The notes beneath the pieces are model-generated. The model had not been told where the DNA came from, did no database searches, and worked only from the letters and a program-made list of their open reading frames with translations. A program made the position numbers and the translations under genes. A stretch of 64,000 nt of DNA from a bacterium (GTDB lineage: Bacteria; Zhuqueibacterota; QNDG01; JAFGCO01), in contig JAFGGN010000037.1 in the NCBI GenBank assembly GCA_016930535.1, forward strand, positions 66,529 through 130,528, given 5' to 3'. Position 1 is the first letter of the stretch, and every line of letters starts with the position of its first letter. This document shows, one piece after another, positions 30,904 to 40,230 of the stretch.

Positions 30904-31323
30904 CTATTTTCCAATCAGTTGAACGGGAATTTTTCGTTGCCTTGACCGGTTATCGCAATCCACAAACACAATCTGCTGCCAGGTTCCCAGCAGCATGCGG
31001 CCCGAAATAAAAGGAACCGTCAGCGATGCCCCGATCAGGGCCGCCCGGACATGTGAATGGCCGTTTCCGTCACCCCAGGTGGCATCATGATGATAATGCG
31101 CCCCTTCCGATGCGATTCTGTCCAGGGTCTCGGGGATATCCCGGAGCAGTCCCGGTTCGTATTCAATCGTGGTCACCGCAGCCGTGGCGCCTGTGGCAAA
31201 TACGGTCAACTGGCCTTCCTGCATGCCGCTTTTCGTCAGGATTTCATGAATCTGCGGCGTGATATCGACAATATCACTGTGGCCGCGTGTTGAAATCTGA
31301 ACGAATCCGGTTTGGATATTCAT
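30904..31323 (-). CDS. YjbQ/UPF0047 family protein
   Basis: 139 aa. Conserved HHD...GDGNGHSH motif. Confidence 0.75.
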   Translation of the reverse strand: MNIQTGFVQISTRGHSDIVDITPQIHEILTKSGMQEGQLTVFATGATAAVTTIEYEPGLLRDIPETLDRIASEGAHYHHDATWGDGNGHSHVRAALIGASLTVPFISGRMLLGTWQQIVFVDCDNRSRQRKIPVQLIGK

Positions 31324-31389
31324 GAATTATTTCGCTCCAGCATTATTACGCCTTATTGAATGAACACGATTGATACAATGATCTAAGGA

Positions 31390-32349
31390 TCATTGTATCA
31401 ATTTGGCAATTTCATCCGAGTCGCCGAATGTACGGACGTACCGGTCGATGAACTGTTCCAGCCCGTAATGATGACTTTGCGGGCCATCCGTTTCCAGTAC
31501 GTACGCTGCGGCCAGGCTGCCCATACGGCCTGCTGTTTCCCAGGTAAACCGATGAATCAATCCCTTCATCAATCCCGCCCGGAACGCATCTCCCACACCG
31601 GTAGGATCGAGAACCGTTTCCGGCCTGGCAATGGGGATATCGACCGTGTTTGCCGGCAGACAGATCCTTGCCCCCTTTTCTCCAAGCGTAACGATGAGCG
31701 TTTCACACAATCCGAACAGGTCCTGCTCGCCCATGCCTGTTTTATCAAGAAAAAGGCCGTATTCGTATTCATTGAGAATGAGTATCTGAGAGCCCTGAGC
31801 AAGCTGCTTCAGCTGCTCTCCATCGAACCGCGCGATCTGCTGACCCGGATCGCATATGAATTTTGTTGTCAGGCTGCGGCACTCCTCTGCCAGCATGATC
31901 ATGGCTTCCGGATCATTGGGAGAAACAATCACGAGATCGTCCAATGCGACGCCCTGGGATTTTAATGTGACCTGTTTCGCATATTGCATGGCGCCGGTAT
32001 AAAAACTGCAGATCTGATTTCCCGCCTGATCCGTATTGGCGAAAAAGGAAGCTGTAAATGCCTCAGGAAAAACGATGGCACCCTGGGTATCCACGCCTGC
32101 ACCCGTCAAAAACCGGCGATAATCCTCAAAATCCCGGCCGACCGCACCCACAAGCAGCGGTTTCTCCCCGAGCAGGGCCAGACTGTAGGCGATATTGGCC
32201 GCTGTTCCGCCCTGCTGTTTCTTCATGCTGTCCACCAGAAAACTCAGACTGATATGATCGAGTTTGTCCGGCAGAATGTGTTCCGTAAATTGCCCCGGAA
32301 AAGTCATCAGGTAATCGGTTGCGATGGATCCTGTAATCACAAGCTTCAC
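31390..32349 (-). CDS. PfkB-family carbohydrate/nucleoside kinase
   Basis: 319 aa. N-terminal GG motif region (QQGGTAANIAYSLALLG) and C-terminal DPTGVGDAF anion-hole motif. Confidence 0.75.
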   Translation of the reverse strand: MKLVITGSIATDYLMTFPGQFTEHILPDKLDHISLSFLVDSMKKQQGGTAANIAYSLALLGEKPLLVGAVGRDFEDYRRFLTGAGVDTQGAIVFPEAFTASFFANTDQAGNQICSFYTGAMQYAKQVTLKSQGVALDDLVIVSPNDPEAMIMLAEECRSLTTKFICDPGQQIARFDGEQLKQLAQGSQILILNEYEYGLFLDKTGMGEQDLFGLCETLIVTLGEKGARICLPANTVDIPIARPETVLDPTGVGDAFRAGLMKGLIHRFTWETAGRMGSLAAAYVLETDGPQSHHYGLEQFIDRYVRTFGDSDEIAKLIQ

Positions 32350-32442
32350 TGAACATCTCCTATGTTAACACATTTCAGGACGTATTGAAAATGCGGCGGG
32401 AAACTGCGCCAGGGATCATGTATGACTTTGCCAAATAAAAAC

Positions 32443-34110
32443 CTACATGCGCTCCGGCCGTGATATTCCCAGTATATCGAGTCCATTCGCCAGGACGATG
32501 CGTGTCGCGCGGCACAGGTCAAGCCGGGCCTGTGTCGTTTCACGGTTGCTGCTTACCACACGCAAGGTTTCATCCACCTTGCCTGCATGCTGGAACCGGT
32601 GATACGTGGTCGCCACATTCTCAAGATACGTTGGCAGACGATGGGGCTCCAGATGCTCTGCGGCCGAACTGACAACTCTCGGAAAATCCAGCAAAATTTT
32701 TATCAGTTCCAGTTCTTCTTCAGATGTCAGCAACGTCGGATCGCCGACAAGGTCCGTATCGTATCCCTGTTCCTCCGCGTGCCGCAGTATACTGCATATA
32801 CGCGCGTGGGCATATTGTATATAGTACACGGGATTTTCATCCGATTGTGTTTTAGCCAGGGTCAAATCAAAATTCAGATGGGCGGAGGCCGAACGGTTGA
32901 GAAAGAAATAACGGGTTACATCCACGCCGACTTCATCCATAAGCTCATCCAATGTGACGAAATTGGCCTTGCGTGTGGACATTTTAATTTTTTCCCGGCC
33001 TTCCGTCAATGTCACGAATTGGTGGATCAGCACACGGACCCTGCTGTCGTCATACCCCAATGCCCTCATCCCGGCAAGCACATCCGGATAAGTGGCAATA
33101 TGATCGGCTCCGAAAATATCGATGATGATGTCAAAGCCCCGGTCGATTTTATCCCTGTGATAGGCCAGATCCGGCAGACGGTAAGTCGGTTCGCCCGTGG
33201 ACTTGACGATCACGCGATCCTGATCCAGACCCAGATCCGTGGCCTTCAGCCAAACAGCGCCATCCTGGTCATAGGCCAGGCCCCGTTTTCGCAGTTCCTT
33301 GATCACCGCATCGATTTTACCCGTTTCATACAGGGATTTTTCATTGTAATACACATCGAAATGTATCCCCATTCGCTCCAGTGTGGATCGGATATCGTCA
33401 AAAATGGCCTTTTCAGCGGATTCCCTGAAACAGGCGTCATCCTTAAATGCCTCGTCCTGCAGAGATGCGCCTTTCCTTTGGGCAAGCTCCCGGGCGATAT
33501 CCCGTATATAATCTCCCTGATAGTAATCGTCCGGAAATTCGACGGACATACCCAGTTGTTCCAGATAACGGAGACGGACTGAATCGGCCAGAACACGCAT
33601 TTGCCGGCCCGCATCATTGAAATAATATTCCCGTGTCACATCATGACCGGTGGCTTCCAGAAGACGTGCAACCGTGTCGCCCAAAACGGCCTGACGTCCA
33701 TGTCCGATAGTCAGCGGCCCCGTGGGATTGGCGCTGACAAATTCGATCTGTGTTTTTTTGTTTCCTCCCCAATCAGCGGTTCCATAGGCCTCCTGCTGAA
33801 GAACAATCTCCTTCAGCCCCTCATATAAAATACTGTCGCTGAAAGTAAAATTGATAAATCCGGGGCCTGCAATATCCACACGCGCCACCAGTTCCGGATC
33901 CAGATCCATTCCATTCACAATCTCCGACGCGAGCTGCCGGGGATTGCGTCCGGATTGCGATCCAAGTACAAGTGCAATATTGGTTGCAAGATCCCCATGA
34001 TCCTTTTGCTTGGGGGCCGTCAGATCAATATCGAACCCCTGATTCTGTTCCGGCAGGATTTCCTTCAACGTCGTCTGAATTGCGTTCTGAATATAACTTT
34101 TGACATTCAT
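32443..34110 (-). CDS. argS: arginine--tRNA ligase
   Basis: 555 aa. Class I HIGH-like motif (ANPTGPLTIGHGR), Add-1 N-terminal domain and DALR anticodon-binding C-terminus. Confidence 0.9.
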   Translation of the reverse strand: MNVKSYIQNAIQTTLKEILPEQNQGFDIDLTAPKQKDHGDLATNIALVLGSQSGRNPRQLASEIVNGMDLDPELVARVDIAGPGFINFTFSDSILYEGLKEIVLQQEAYGTADWGGNKKTQIEFVSANPTGPLTIGHGRQAVLGDTVARLLEATGHDVTREYYFNDAGRQMRVLADSVRLRYLEQLGMSVEFPDDYYQGDYIRDIARELAQRKGASLQDEAFKDDACFRESAEKAIFDDIRSTLERMGIHFDVYYNEKSLYETGKIDAVIKELRKRGLAYDQDGAVWLKATDLGLDQDRVIVKSTGEPTYRLPDLAYHRDKIDRGFDIIIDIFGADHIATYPDVLAGMRALGYDDSRVRVLIHQFVTLTEGREKIKMSTRKANFVTLDELMDEVGVDVTRYFFLNRSASAHLNFDLTLAKTQSDENPVYYIQYAHARICSILRHAEEQGYDTDLVGDPTLLTSEEELELIKILLDFPRVVSSAAEHLEPHRLPTYLENVATTYHRFQHAGKVDETLRVVSSNRETTQARLDLCRATRIVLANGLDILGISRPERM

Positions 34111-34472
34111 GAATCATCTTCCTGAAAGTGTTCGGCCCGGGCATCGCCCCAGAGCCGTTCAAGTCCGTAAAATTCCCTTGTCTCCTTCTGAAAAACATGG
34201 ACAACGATATCCACGTAATCGATCAGGACCCAGTTATAAAAGGTCGTCCCTTCTTTATGCCATGGTTTCTGACCCTTTTCCCGCATGCCGGTTTCAATGG
34301 CATCGGCAATCGCCTTCACCTGCACATCGGAATCACCATGACAGCAGATAAAATAATCGGTCACATTACTGATGTCCTTCAGATCAAGAAGTACAACATC
34401 TCTGGCCTTCTTCGTAAGCGCCAGTTCAACGATCTGATGAGCTGTCAGTAAAAGGTCAGTATCTTTCACCAT
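34107..34472 (-). CDS. rsfS: ribosomal silencing factor RsfS (Iojap)
   Basis: 121 aa. Conserved DYFIICHGDSDVQVKAIAD...WVLIDYVDIVVHVF motif. 4-nt overlap with argS. Confidence 0.85.
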   Translation of the reverse strand: MVKDTDLLLTAHQIVELALTKKARDVVLLDLKDISNVTDYFICCHGDSDVQVKAIADAIETGMREKGQKPWHKEGTTFYNWVLIDYVDIVVHVFQKETREFYGLERLWGDARAEHFQEDDS

Positions 34473-35019
34473 CCTGCTCCATTATTTTCCAGCTGCTCAG
34501 TGTTCTGAAATCTTTACCCAGTACCACGGTCGCATCGATCAGATAGACCGCATTGACTTCCTGAAGCACCCCCTCCCTGCCGATTCCCATATCGGCGGCA
34601 AGTCTCATGCTCATCTCCGGAATGCCCTGTCTGTCTATTACGACACTGTGTTCCACATTTCGTGATTCATAATTATCGGTTTTTACTACATCATACCCTT
34701 TGGCTCTCAAAAAATCCGTATATCTGGATGCGATTTTCGGAACATTGCAACCGTTCAGCACTTCGATGCGCATCGTTCGTACAGGCACCGGCTGCGGAGG
34801 ACCTGCGGACTCCTGAATCGATGCAGGCTCACGCGAACATTGACGGAAAACGAAAAATATCAGGACCACATTGATCAAAAGAACAACACCTGTCAATCCT
34901 TTCAACGCCATGCTGCCCCACTGAACAGGATGCCCGTATTCAGACAGGGTCCTTTTTTTTCGTATCTGCGTCGTCGCTTTTTTTAGGGGCTTTGTTCTCC
35001 TTCTTCTTTGAGCGGTCAT
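34456..35019 (-). CDS. membrane-anchored LytR_C domain protein
   Basis: 187 aa. Basic N-terminus, one TM helix, and a C-terminal LytR_C-like region (IEVLNGCNVPKIASRYTDFLRAKGYDV). Confidence 0.6.
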   Translation of the reverse strand: MTAQRRRRTKPLKKATTQIRKKRTLSEYGHPVQWGSMALKGLTGVVLLINVVLIFFVFRQCSREPASIQESAGPPQPVPVRTMRIEVLNGCNVPKIASRYTDFLRAKGYDVVKTDNYESRNVEHSVVIDRQGIPEMSMRLAADMGIGREGVLQEVNAVYLIDATVVLGKDFRTLSSWKIMEQDGERY

Positions 35020-35181
35020 CGCCTCTCCTCCCCGTCATACCTGCAAATCCATCCCGGCTTTACCATGCCAGTCAGCGAATACCAGGACAGGCGCCGTACC
35101 GAATGCCTGACCATAAAAAAATGACCGAGACGACAGCGCTCGGTCTGAAAACTCATCATCAATTACATTCAACCTGCGGAT

Positions 35182-35652
35182 CTACCATCGTCCCCAGTAC
35201 GGAGATAATATCGACGAAGGATAACTCTGATAATCGATGCTGATTGTCATGTTTTCCATGGGTTTGTACTGCAAATAAGCGCCCTGAATAAACAGCGAGC
35301 CCTGCTGCGAGGGCATCAGCGAATTGTTTCCGCCGAAAGGCTGATGGAGGTATCCGACGCGCAGCTGCATCAGAAGGGGATCGGAAAACCGGTAGGTCAT
35401 GGTATTCAGATACATGCCCTGATTCATACTCTGTTTGCCCGTTGAAAGAACGGATAAAGAATAACTCTGCGACATATCGAATTTTGCGGGATCGATCAGG
35501 TTCCGTAAAAATCCTTCGGGTTTCAGGCTGAACTCCGATGCATCGAAAACCGAACGGGGCTCAGATGTTTCCTGGGCAAGAATCGGGACCACGACGAGGA
35601 TTACGGGCAGCAGAATCCATATTTTTCGAACCACTTCTGTTCCTCCGTTCAA
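35182..35652 (-). CDS. hypothetical secreted protein
   Basis: 156 aa. Signal peptide with predicted cleavage ILA|QETSE. Beta-rich, with no recognised motifs. Confidence 0.4.
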   Translation of the reverse strand: MNGGTEVVRKIWILLPVILVVVPILAQETSEPRSVFDASEFSLKPEGFLRNLIDPAKFDMSQSYSLSVLSTGKQSMNQGMYLNTMTYRFSDPLLMQLRVGYLHQPFGGNNSLMPSQQGSLFIQGAYLQYKPMENMTISIDYQSYPSSILSPYWGRW

Positions 35653-35750
35653 TTCAGGTCGTTCATACTAATTAATCAAATTTCGGTATAAAAGTCAACT
35701 TCTTTTTATAATACGCTCTGAACCGGAAATAGATCCCGTCTTCTGATTCA

Positions 35751-35782
35751 GAAAAAAAGGCTGCCCCGAATGGAGCAGCCTT
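35751..35782 (-). terminator. intrinsic terminator downstream of the CARDB T9SS-cargo gene
   Basis: Minus strand: aaggctgctcc-attc-ggggcagcctt (11-bp stem, 1 mismatch), followed by ttttttt. Confidence 0.5.
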
Positions 35783-35804
35783 ATAAGCAGAAATCAAAGA
35801 GTCG

Positions 35805-38348
35805 TTATTGTACCAGTACCATCTTTCGGATTTCCCTGAAGGATCCGGAGGTAATGGAATAGAAATAAACACCGCTCGCCACTTTGTCGCCGTTTTGATT
35901 GGTGCCGTTCCAAACCACGTCATACGTTCCGGCTTCGACGGATTCATTGACCAGAACACGGATGGTCTGTCCATGCACATTGGTCACCGCAATCCGTACA
36001 TCCGCCCTGTTGGGCAGTGCGTAGCGGATGGTCGTTTCCGGGTTGAACGGATTGGGATAGTTCTGATACAGCGCATAGTCTTCGGGCGCGATTTCAGAAT
36101 CCACGGCAGTGCCGCCGCCTGTCACTGTCACGGCATTGGCTGCAACAGCTTCATTGTTGCCTTCATTGCTCTCCGCAACGGAATTGGCCACATCCACGAC
36201 GGCGCAGACATAGTAGTTGCCGGCAGCCTGACCCTGGGGCAGCACATACTCCGCTGTACAATTCTGAGAGGCGCCGGCTGCCAGAGCGGCCACATCCACG
36301 ATGGCGATCTCCACGTCACCGGCATCAATCGTCTGATCAGAACTTAATAGAAGTTTCACTTGTGAAGCGCCTGCATCGCCGTCGCCCTGATTGGCCACCG
36401 TGGCGCTCGCCTGGAGTGTGGAGCCGGCTGACAGGGAGGACGGAGAACCGGCTATCGCCGTACAGGTCAGGTCCGGAACCGGAATTTTTACTGTAACGGC
36501 CGGTGCAACACCGGTGTTGTTGTTCTCGGCATTTTCGTCCACGGCATTGGCGGGATCGACAATGGCACCCACGTAATACGTGCCCTCAGCCTGACCGGCA
36601 GCCATGGCGCCGGTGTTGGTGAATGCCGCTTCCGCGTTGATATCGAGTACAGGAACCGTATTGGTGCCGATGAGCACATCCGCGTCCGTAATTGTGGCGT
36701 CCGTAGACAGGTATACCTTGACTTCGGTTTCTGCAGCGGAGGCCGCGGAACCGACATTCTTCACCTTGCTGTTCACGGTGAACGATTCGCCGGGAGCCAG
36801 CATCACGGGCGTTGCCGCAATCTCGGAAACGATCAGATCCGGTTTCTCGTACTGACGGCGGATCATGACCTTGTCCACGAACGTACCGGTGTCATTGCCC
36901 TGATTGTTGCTGACGAAATTGAAGGCCACATGAATATTCAGTCCCTTCAGGCTGCCCCATCCGGGCCAGGCCATCAGGTCCAGCTGATGGTAGTGCCAGC
37001 CGTCGGTCGGGACGTTGAATTCATATCCCTGCCAGCCCTGGCCGAAGCTGACAAGAACCTTCATCTTGTCCGAACCGTCGTTGACCTTCTGCCAGAACGC
37101 AAAACTCAGATCGGCCTTGTCCACGTCGGTCAGATTGAACGGACCGTAAAGCGCCCAGGCATCCGAATTGAGTGCATACCCGTTCGCAGGATACACGTTC
37201 GGCACACCGTTGTAATTGGCGCCGTTGCACCAGAGGCTGGCCCCGCCTTCAAATGATTTGAAGGTCGTGTTGTCCCAGCTGTAATTGCCGGCACCCGGCG
37301 TCTGCGTCCAGCCTGCGCTCGGGAAATCTCCCTCGAACCCTTCATCCAGTACCACATCCCATCCTGAATACGGTGTCAGCGTGATTTTGGAATCTGCAAT
37401 CACCAGGTTGTTGGTTTCGTCGTCTTCGGAAATGTTGTTCTGCGGATCCAGTATGCCTGCAATATAATAATCCCCGGCCGGCAATGCCAGCGGCGCAAAG
37501 AACCGTTCGGTGAATGAAAACACCTCGCCTGTTTCAAGTGCGGGAACATCCACCTTTCCGAGAATCAGGTCCACCTGGGTATCGATGATGTTGTCCGCTG
37601 AGATGACCACATCCATCTGGGTCGATTGTGCGGGATTGGTCTGCGGATTGGTGATGGAACCCTGGATGAAAAACGCATCGCCTTTCTGATTGGACTGCGG
37701 AGAAAAACCGAATTGGGAAAATGCCAGATCCGGCCAGCCCGTGAAGTATTTGCGTATGGTGACGCTGTCGATAAAGGCGCCGGTGGCCGCACCGGCCGCA
37801 TCGCTCGAAAACTTGAATGCGATATAGACGTCCCGTTTCCACAGCGCGTTGCCCCACGGTCCGTTGCTCAGATCGAATTCCATGCGTTTCCAGCCTTCGC
37901 TGTTGCCGCTGTAGGTGTATCCTTCCCACCCGTTTCCGACATCGACCAGGAATTTCAGCTTGTCATTGTCCGTGATCAGGTGCCACATATAAAAACTGAT
38001 CGTGGCCTGCGTGCAGTTTCTCATATCAATGGGGCCGTAAATGGCATAGGTGCTCATGTTGTTCGCGTAATTGCCATTGGGTGTTCTTGTCGGCGCACCA
38101 TTGAAGGCCTTTCTGGCGCACCAGATACTGTTCACTCCGGATGCGGCCGTATGATTACTGCGGCCCCATGCATAATCGCCGCTTTCCACCACACGGTCCC
38201 ACTTGCCCACTGGAAAATCAATTTCAAAATCTTCTTTCAGCTCATCAATCCAGCCGATGTCCTGTGCGACGATATAAGGAACAGCGACTATCATCGCAAA
38301 TAAGCAGATCATCGTGATTTTCCACTGGTTTCCACTCACCTTTTTCAT
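35805..38348 (-). CDS. T9SS-secreted surface protein with three CARDB domains and two N-terminal paralogous beta-sandwich repeats
   Basis: 847 aa. Signal peptide (predicted cleavage IVA|QD). Two ~170-aa N-terminal repeats (DFP.G.W...Y.W...S.W...GW.GY...W motif pattern). Three CARDB units (…GTYYVGAIVDPANAVDENAENNN…). C-terminal T9SS sorting domain YQNYPNPFNPETTIRYALP…GVYFYSI…RKMVLVQ. Perfect AAGGAGGT RBS. Confidence 0.75.
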   Translation of the reverse strand: MKKVSGNQWKITMICLFAMIVAVPYIVAQDIGWIDELKEDFEIDFPVGKWDRVVESGDYAWGRSNHTAASGVNSIWCARKAFNGAPTRTPNGNYANNMSTYAIYGPIDMRNCTQATISFYMWHLITDNDKLKFLVDVGNGWEGYTYSGNSEGWKRMEFDLSNGPWGNALWKRDVYIAFKFSSDAAGAATGAFIDSVTIRKYFTGWPDLAFSQFGFSPQSNQKGDAFFIQGSITNPQTNPAQSTQMDVVISADNIIDTQVDLILGKVDVPALETGEVFSFTERFFAPLALPAGDYYIAGILDPQNNISEDDETNNLVIADSKITLTPYSGWDVVLDEGFEGDFPSAGWTQTPGAGNYSWDNTTFKSFEGGASLWCNGANYNGVPNVYPANGYALNSDAWALYGPFNLTDVDKADLSFAFWQKVNDGSDKMKVLVSFGQGWQGYEFNVPTDGWHYHQLDLMAWPGWGSLKGLNIHVAFNFVSNNQGNDTGTFVDKVMIRRQYEKPDLIVSEIAATPVMLAPGESFTVNSKVKNVGSAASAAETEVKVYLSTDATITDADVLIGTNTVPVLDINAEAAFTNTGAMAAGQAEGTYYVGAIVDPANAVDENAENNNTGVAPAVTVKIPVPDLTCTAIAGSPSSLSAGSTLQASATVANQGDGDAGASQVKLLLSSDQTIDAGDVEIAIVDVAALAAGASQNCTAEYVLPQGQAAGNYYVCAVVDVANSVAESNEGNNEAVAANAVTVTGGGTAVDSEIAPEDYALYQNYPNPFNPETTIRYALPNRADVRIAVTNVHGQTIRVLVNESVEAGTYDVVWNGTNQNGDKVASGVYFYSITSGSFREIRKMVLVQ

Positions 38349-38514
38349 TTCGACCTCCTTGAATTTTAATCAATGCGCCTAAGCAATTAATTTTAAAGAG
38401 TATTTTAGTAAAAATCAAGTGTTTTTGCATATTTTTAATATTTTTATAAATTCTGTTTTACTTATATATCACGGCCGGGAATTAAAAATTCGGCCGCACC
38501 GGCCGATAAAACGG

Positions 38515-38543
38515 TTGACAAAATCACATTTTCAGCGTATCTT
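38515..38543 (+). promoter_or_regulatory. sigma-70-like promoter candidate (TTGACA-17nt-TATCTT) for the FadL-like gene
   Basis: Lies in an AT-rich 238-bp divergent intergenic region, 44 nt upstream of the start codon at 38587. Confidence 0.3.
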
Positions 38544-38586
38544 CTTTTTAAATCATGCTTATTACAATCGTTTGAGAACCAACTGA

Positions 38587-40137
38587 ATGGAGGGCCGTAT
38601 GATGCGTAAGTCATTGGTATTTGTAATGGTGTTCGTTTTGGCTGCAGGACTCTATGCAAGCAACGGTACACAAATCGGAACCATCGGTGGCCGGTCCACG
38701 GCCATGGGCAGTGCATTCCGTGGCCTGGCCGATGACTGGAGCGCCGTGTTTTTCAATCCGGCCGGCCTGACACAGCTGGGCGGAAAATTCACACTCGGCG
38801 CCTCACTGGGAACGATTATGCCCCGCGGCAGCTATAAGGCGGCCAACTATTCCATTTATCCGCATCCGGCTCTGAACACGGACGAAGTGGATGCCACGGA
38901 CCAGAATTTTCTCGTGCCCGCGCTGGGCGTGTTCTACAAACCGACGGAGAAACTGGTGTTCGGCCTGGGCGTGTATGCGCCATTCGGTCTGGGTACGGAA
39001 TGGGATCTGATGGCCGTGCCCTATGATTACAGCAAACCGATCGGACCGCTGAATCCGGACCGTCTGACCAAGGAAAACGAACATTACAGCGATCATCAGG
39101 TGATCACGATTCAGCCCACGCTGGCCTATCAGATATCGGACAAACTGTCACTGGGTCTGGGCGCCAGCTACATCATGGGACGTATGGATATCGACCAGGT
39201 GGTTATGGCGATGAATCCGCTGAACGCTGTTGTTGCGCCTGGAATGACGCAATGGCAGGCTGTTCAGTATCAGCTTATGATGGCGGCCGGCCTGGCGTTG
39301 CCCAACCTGACCAGTGATCAGAACCGGCTTCCCGTGGAAAACAGCCTGTCGGGCGACGGCTCGGCCATTGGCGTGAATATCGGCCTGCTCTACAAACCCA
39401 CGGACAAGCTGAGTGTCGGCCTGTCCCTGCGCTACTGCACGGATCTGGCACTGTCCGGTTCCATCAAGCAGGCCTTCATCCTGCCCCTTGACACCACACA
39501 GCTGGCAATTCTGGGCATGATACCGGCCGCGGCCTTTGCCAGTGAAGCGGATCCCACAGGGGAATACACCAAACAGAATCTGATGGGTCCCTTCAGCGGC
39601 ATGCGCCAGGACGCGGAATGGGATGTCGATGCGGATTTACCGCTGCCCATGACCGCCGGCCTGGGACTGGCCTATAAGGCGACTCCGAGTCTGACACTGA
39701 CCGCGGATGCATCGTGGACCAACTGGGCGAGCTGGGATGAAATCATCGTGAAATCGAAAGATGCAAACCAGGACGACCTGGCCATGAAACAGGAATGGAA
39801 AAACACGGTGGAGATCGGTGTGGGCGCCGAATTCATGGTCACACCATGCATGTCCGTTCTGGGCGGGCTCTATACGGTTGATACGCCGTCCCCGGAATCG
39901 ACCATCAGCCCGACCATCCTGGATCCGGCCCGCCGCTGGGTGCTGACCGGAGGCCTGGGGTATAAAAAAGGAAAAATCGGTGTCAATCTGACCGGTGAAT
40001 GGGTCATGTTCCCCGAAAAGGAACTGATCTCCAATGATTATGAATACGATCCGGACACGGGTGCACCCGAGAATTATGCGGGTATCTACAATTTCAAAGC
40101 CTATGTGATCACCCTGGCAACCCAGATCGAACTGTAA
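38587..40137 (+). CDS. outer-membrane transport protein of the FadL/TodX (OMPP1) family
   Basis: 516 aa. Signal peptide. The N-terminal hatch motif (GGRSTAMGSAFRGLADDWSAVFFNPAGL) is typical of FadL-family 14-strand barrels. Alternating beta-strand pattern. Confidence 0.6.
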   Translation: MEGRMMRKSLVFVMVFVLAAGLYASNGTQIGTIGGRSTAMGSAFRGLADDWSAVFFNPAGLTQLGGKFTLGASLGTIMPRGSYKAANYSIYPHPALNTDEVDATDQNFLVPALGVFYKPTEKLVFGLGVYAPFGLGTEWDLMAVPYDYSKPIGPLNPDRLTKENEHYSDHQVITIQPTLAYQISDKLSLGLGASYIMGRMDIDQVVMAMNPLNAVVAPGMTQWQAVQYQLMMAAGLALPNLTSDQNRLPVENSLSGDGSAIGVNIGLLYKPTDKLSVGLSLRYCTDLALSGSIKQAFILPLDTTQLAILGMIPAAAFASEADPTGEYTKQNLMGPFSGMRQDAEWDVDADLPLPMTAGLGLAYKATPSLTLTADASWTNWASWDEIIVKSKDANQDDLAMKQEWKNTVEIGVGAEFMVTPCMSVLGGLYTVDTPSPESTISPTILDPARRWVLTGGLGYKKGKIGVNLTGEWVMFPEKELISNDYEYDPDTGAPENYAGIYNFKAYVITLATQIEL

Positions 40138-40155
40138 ACGACACCTCGTTAAAAT

Positions 40156-40199
40156 AAGGGGGCTGCCTGAGAAAATCCCGGGCAAGCCCCCTTTTATTT
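40156..40199. terminator. bidirectional intrinsic terminator between convergent genes
   Basis: aagggggctgcc…ggcaagccccctt hairpin with T-runs on both strands. Terminates the FadL-like gene (+) and the 471-aa T9SS cargo gene (-). Confidence 0.5.
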
Positions 40200-40230
40200 G
40201 TCTCTAAACACCGTCCCCGGACGGCCAGTC

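Noticed and set aside
35672-35980. 102-aa ORF on the minus strand
   Set aside because: It overlaps the 3' end and terminator hairpin of the 847-aa T9SS cargo gene. It has no RBS and a composition-driven ORF.
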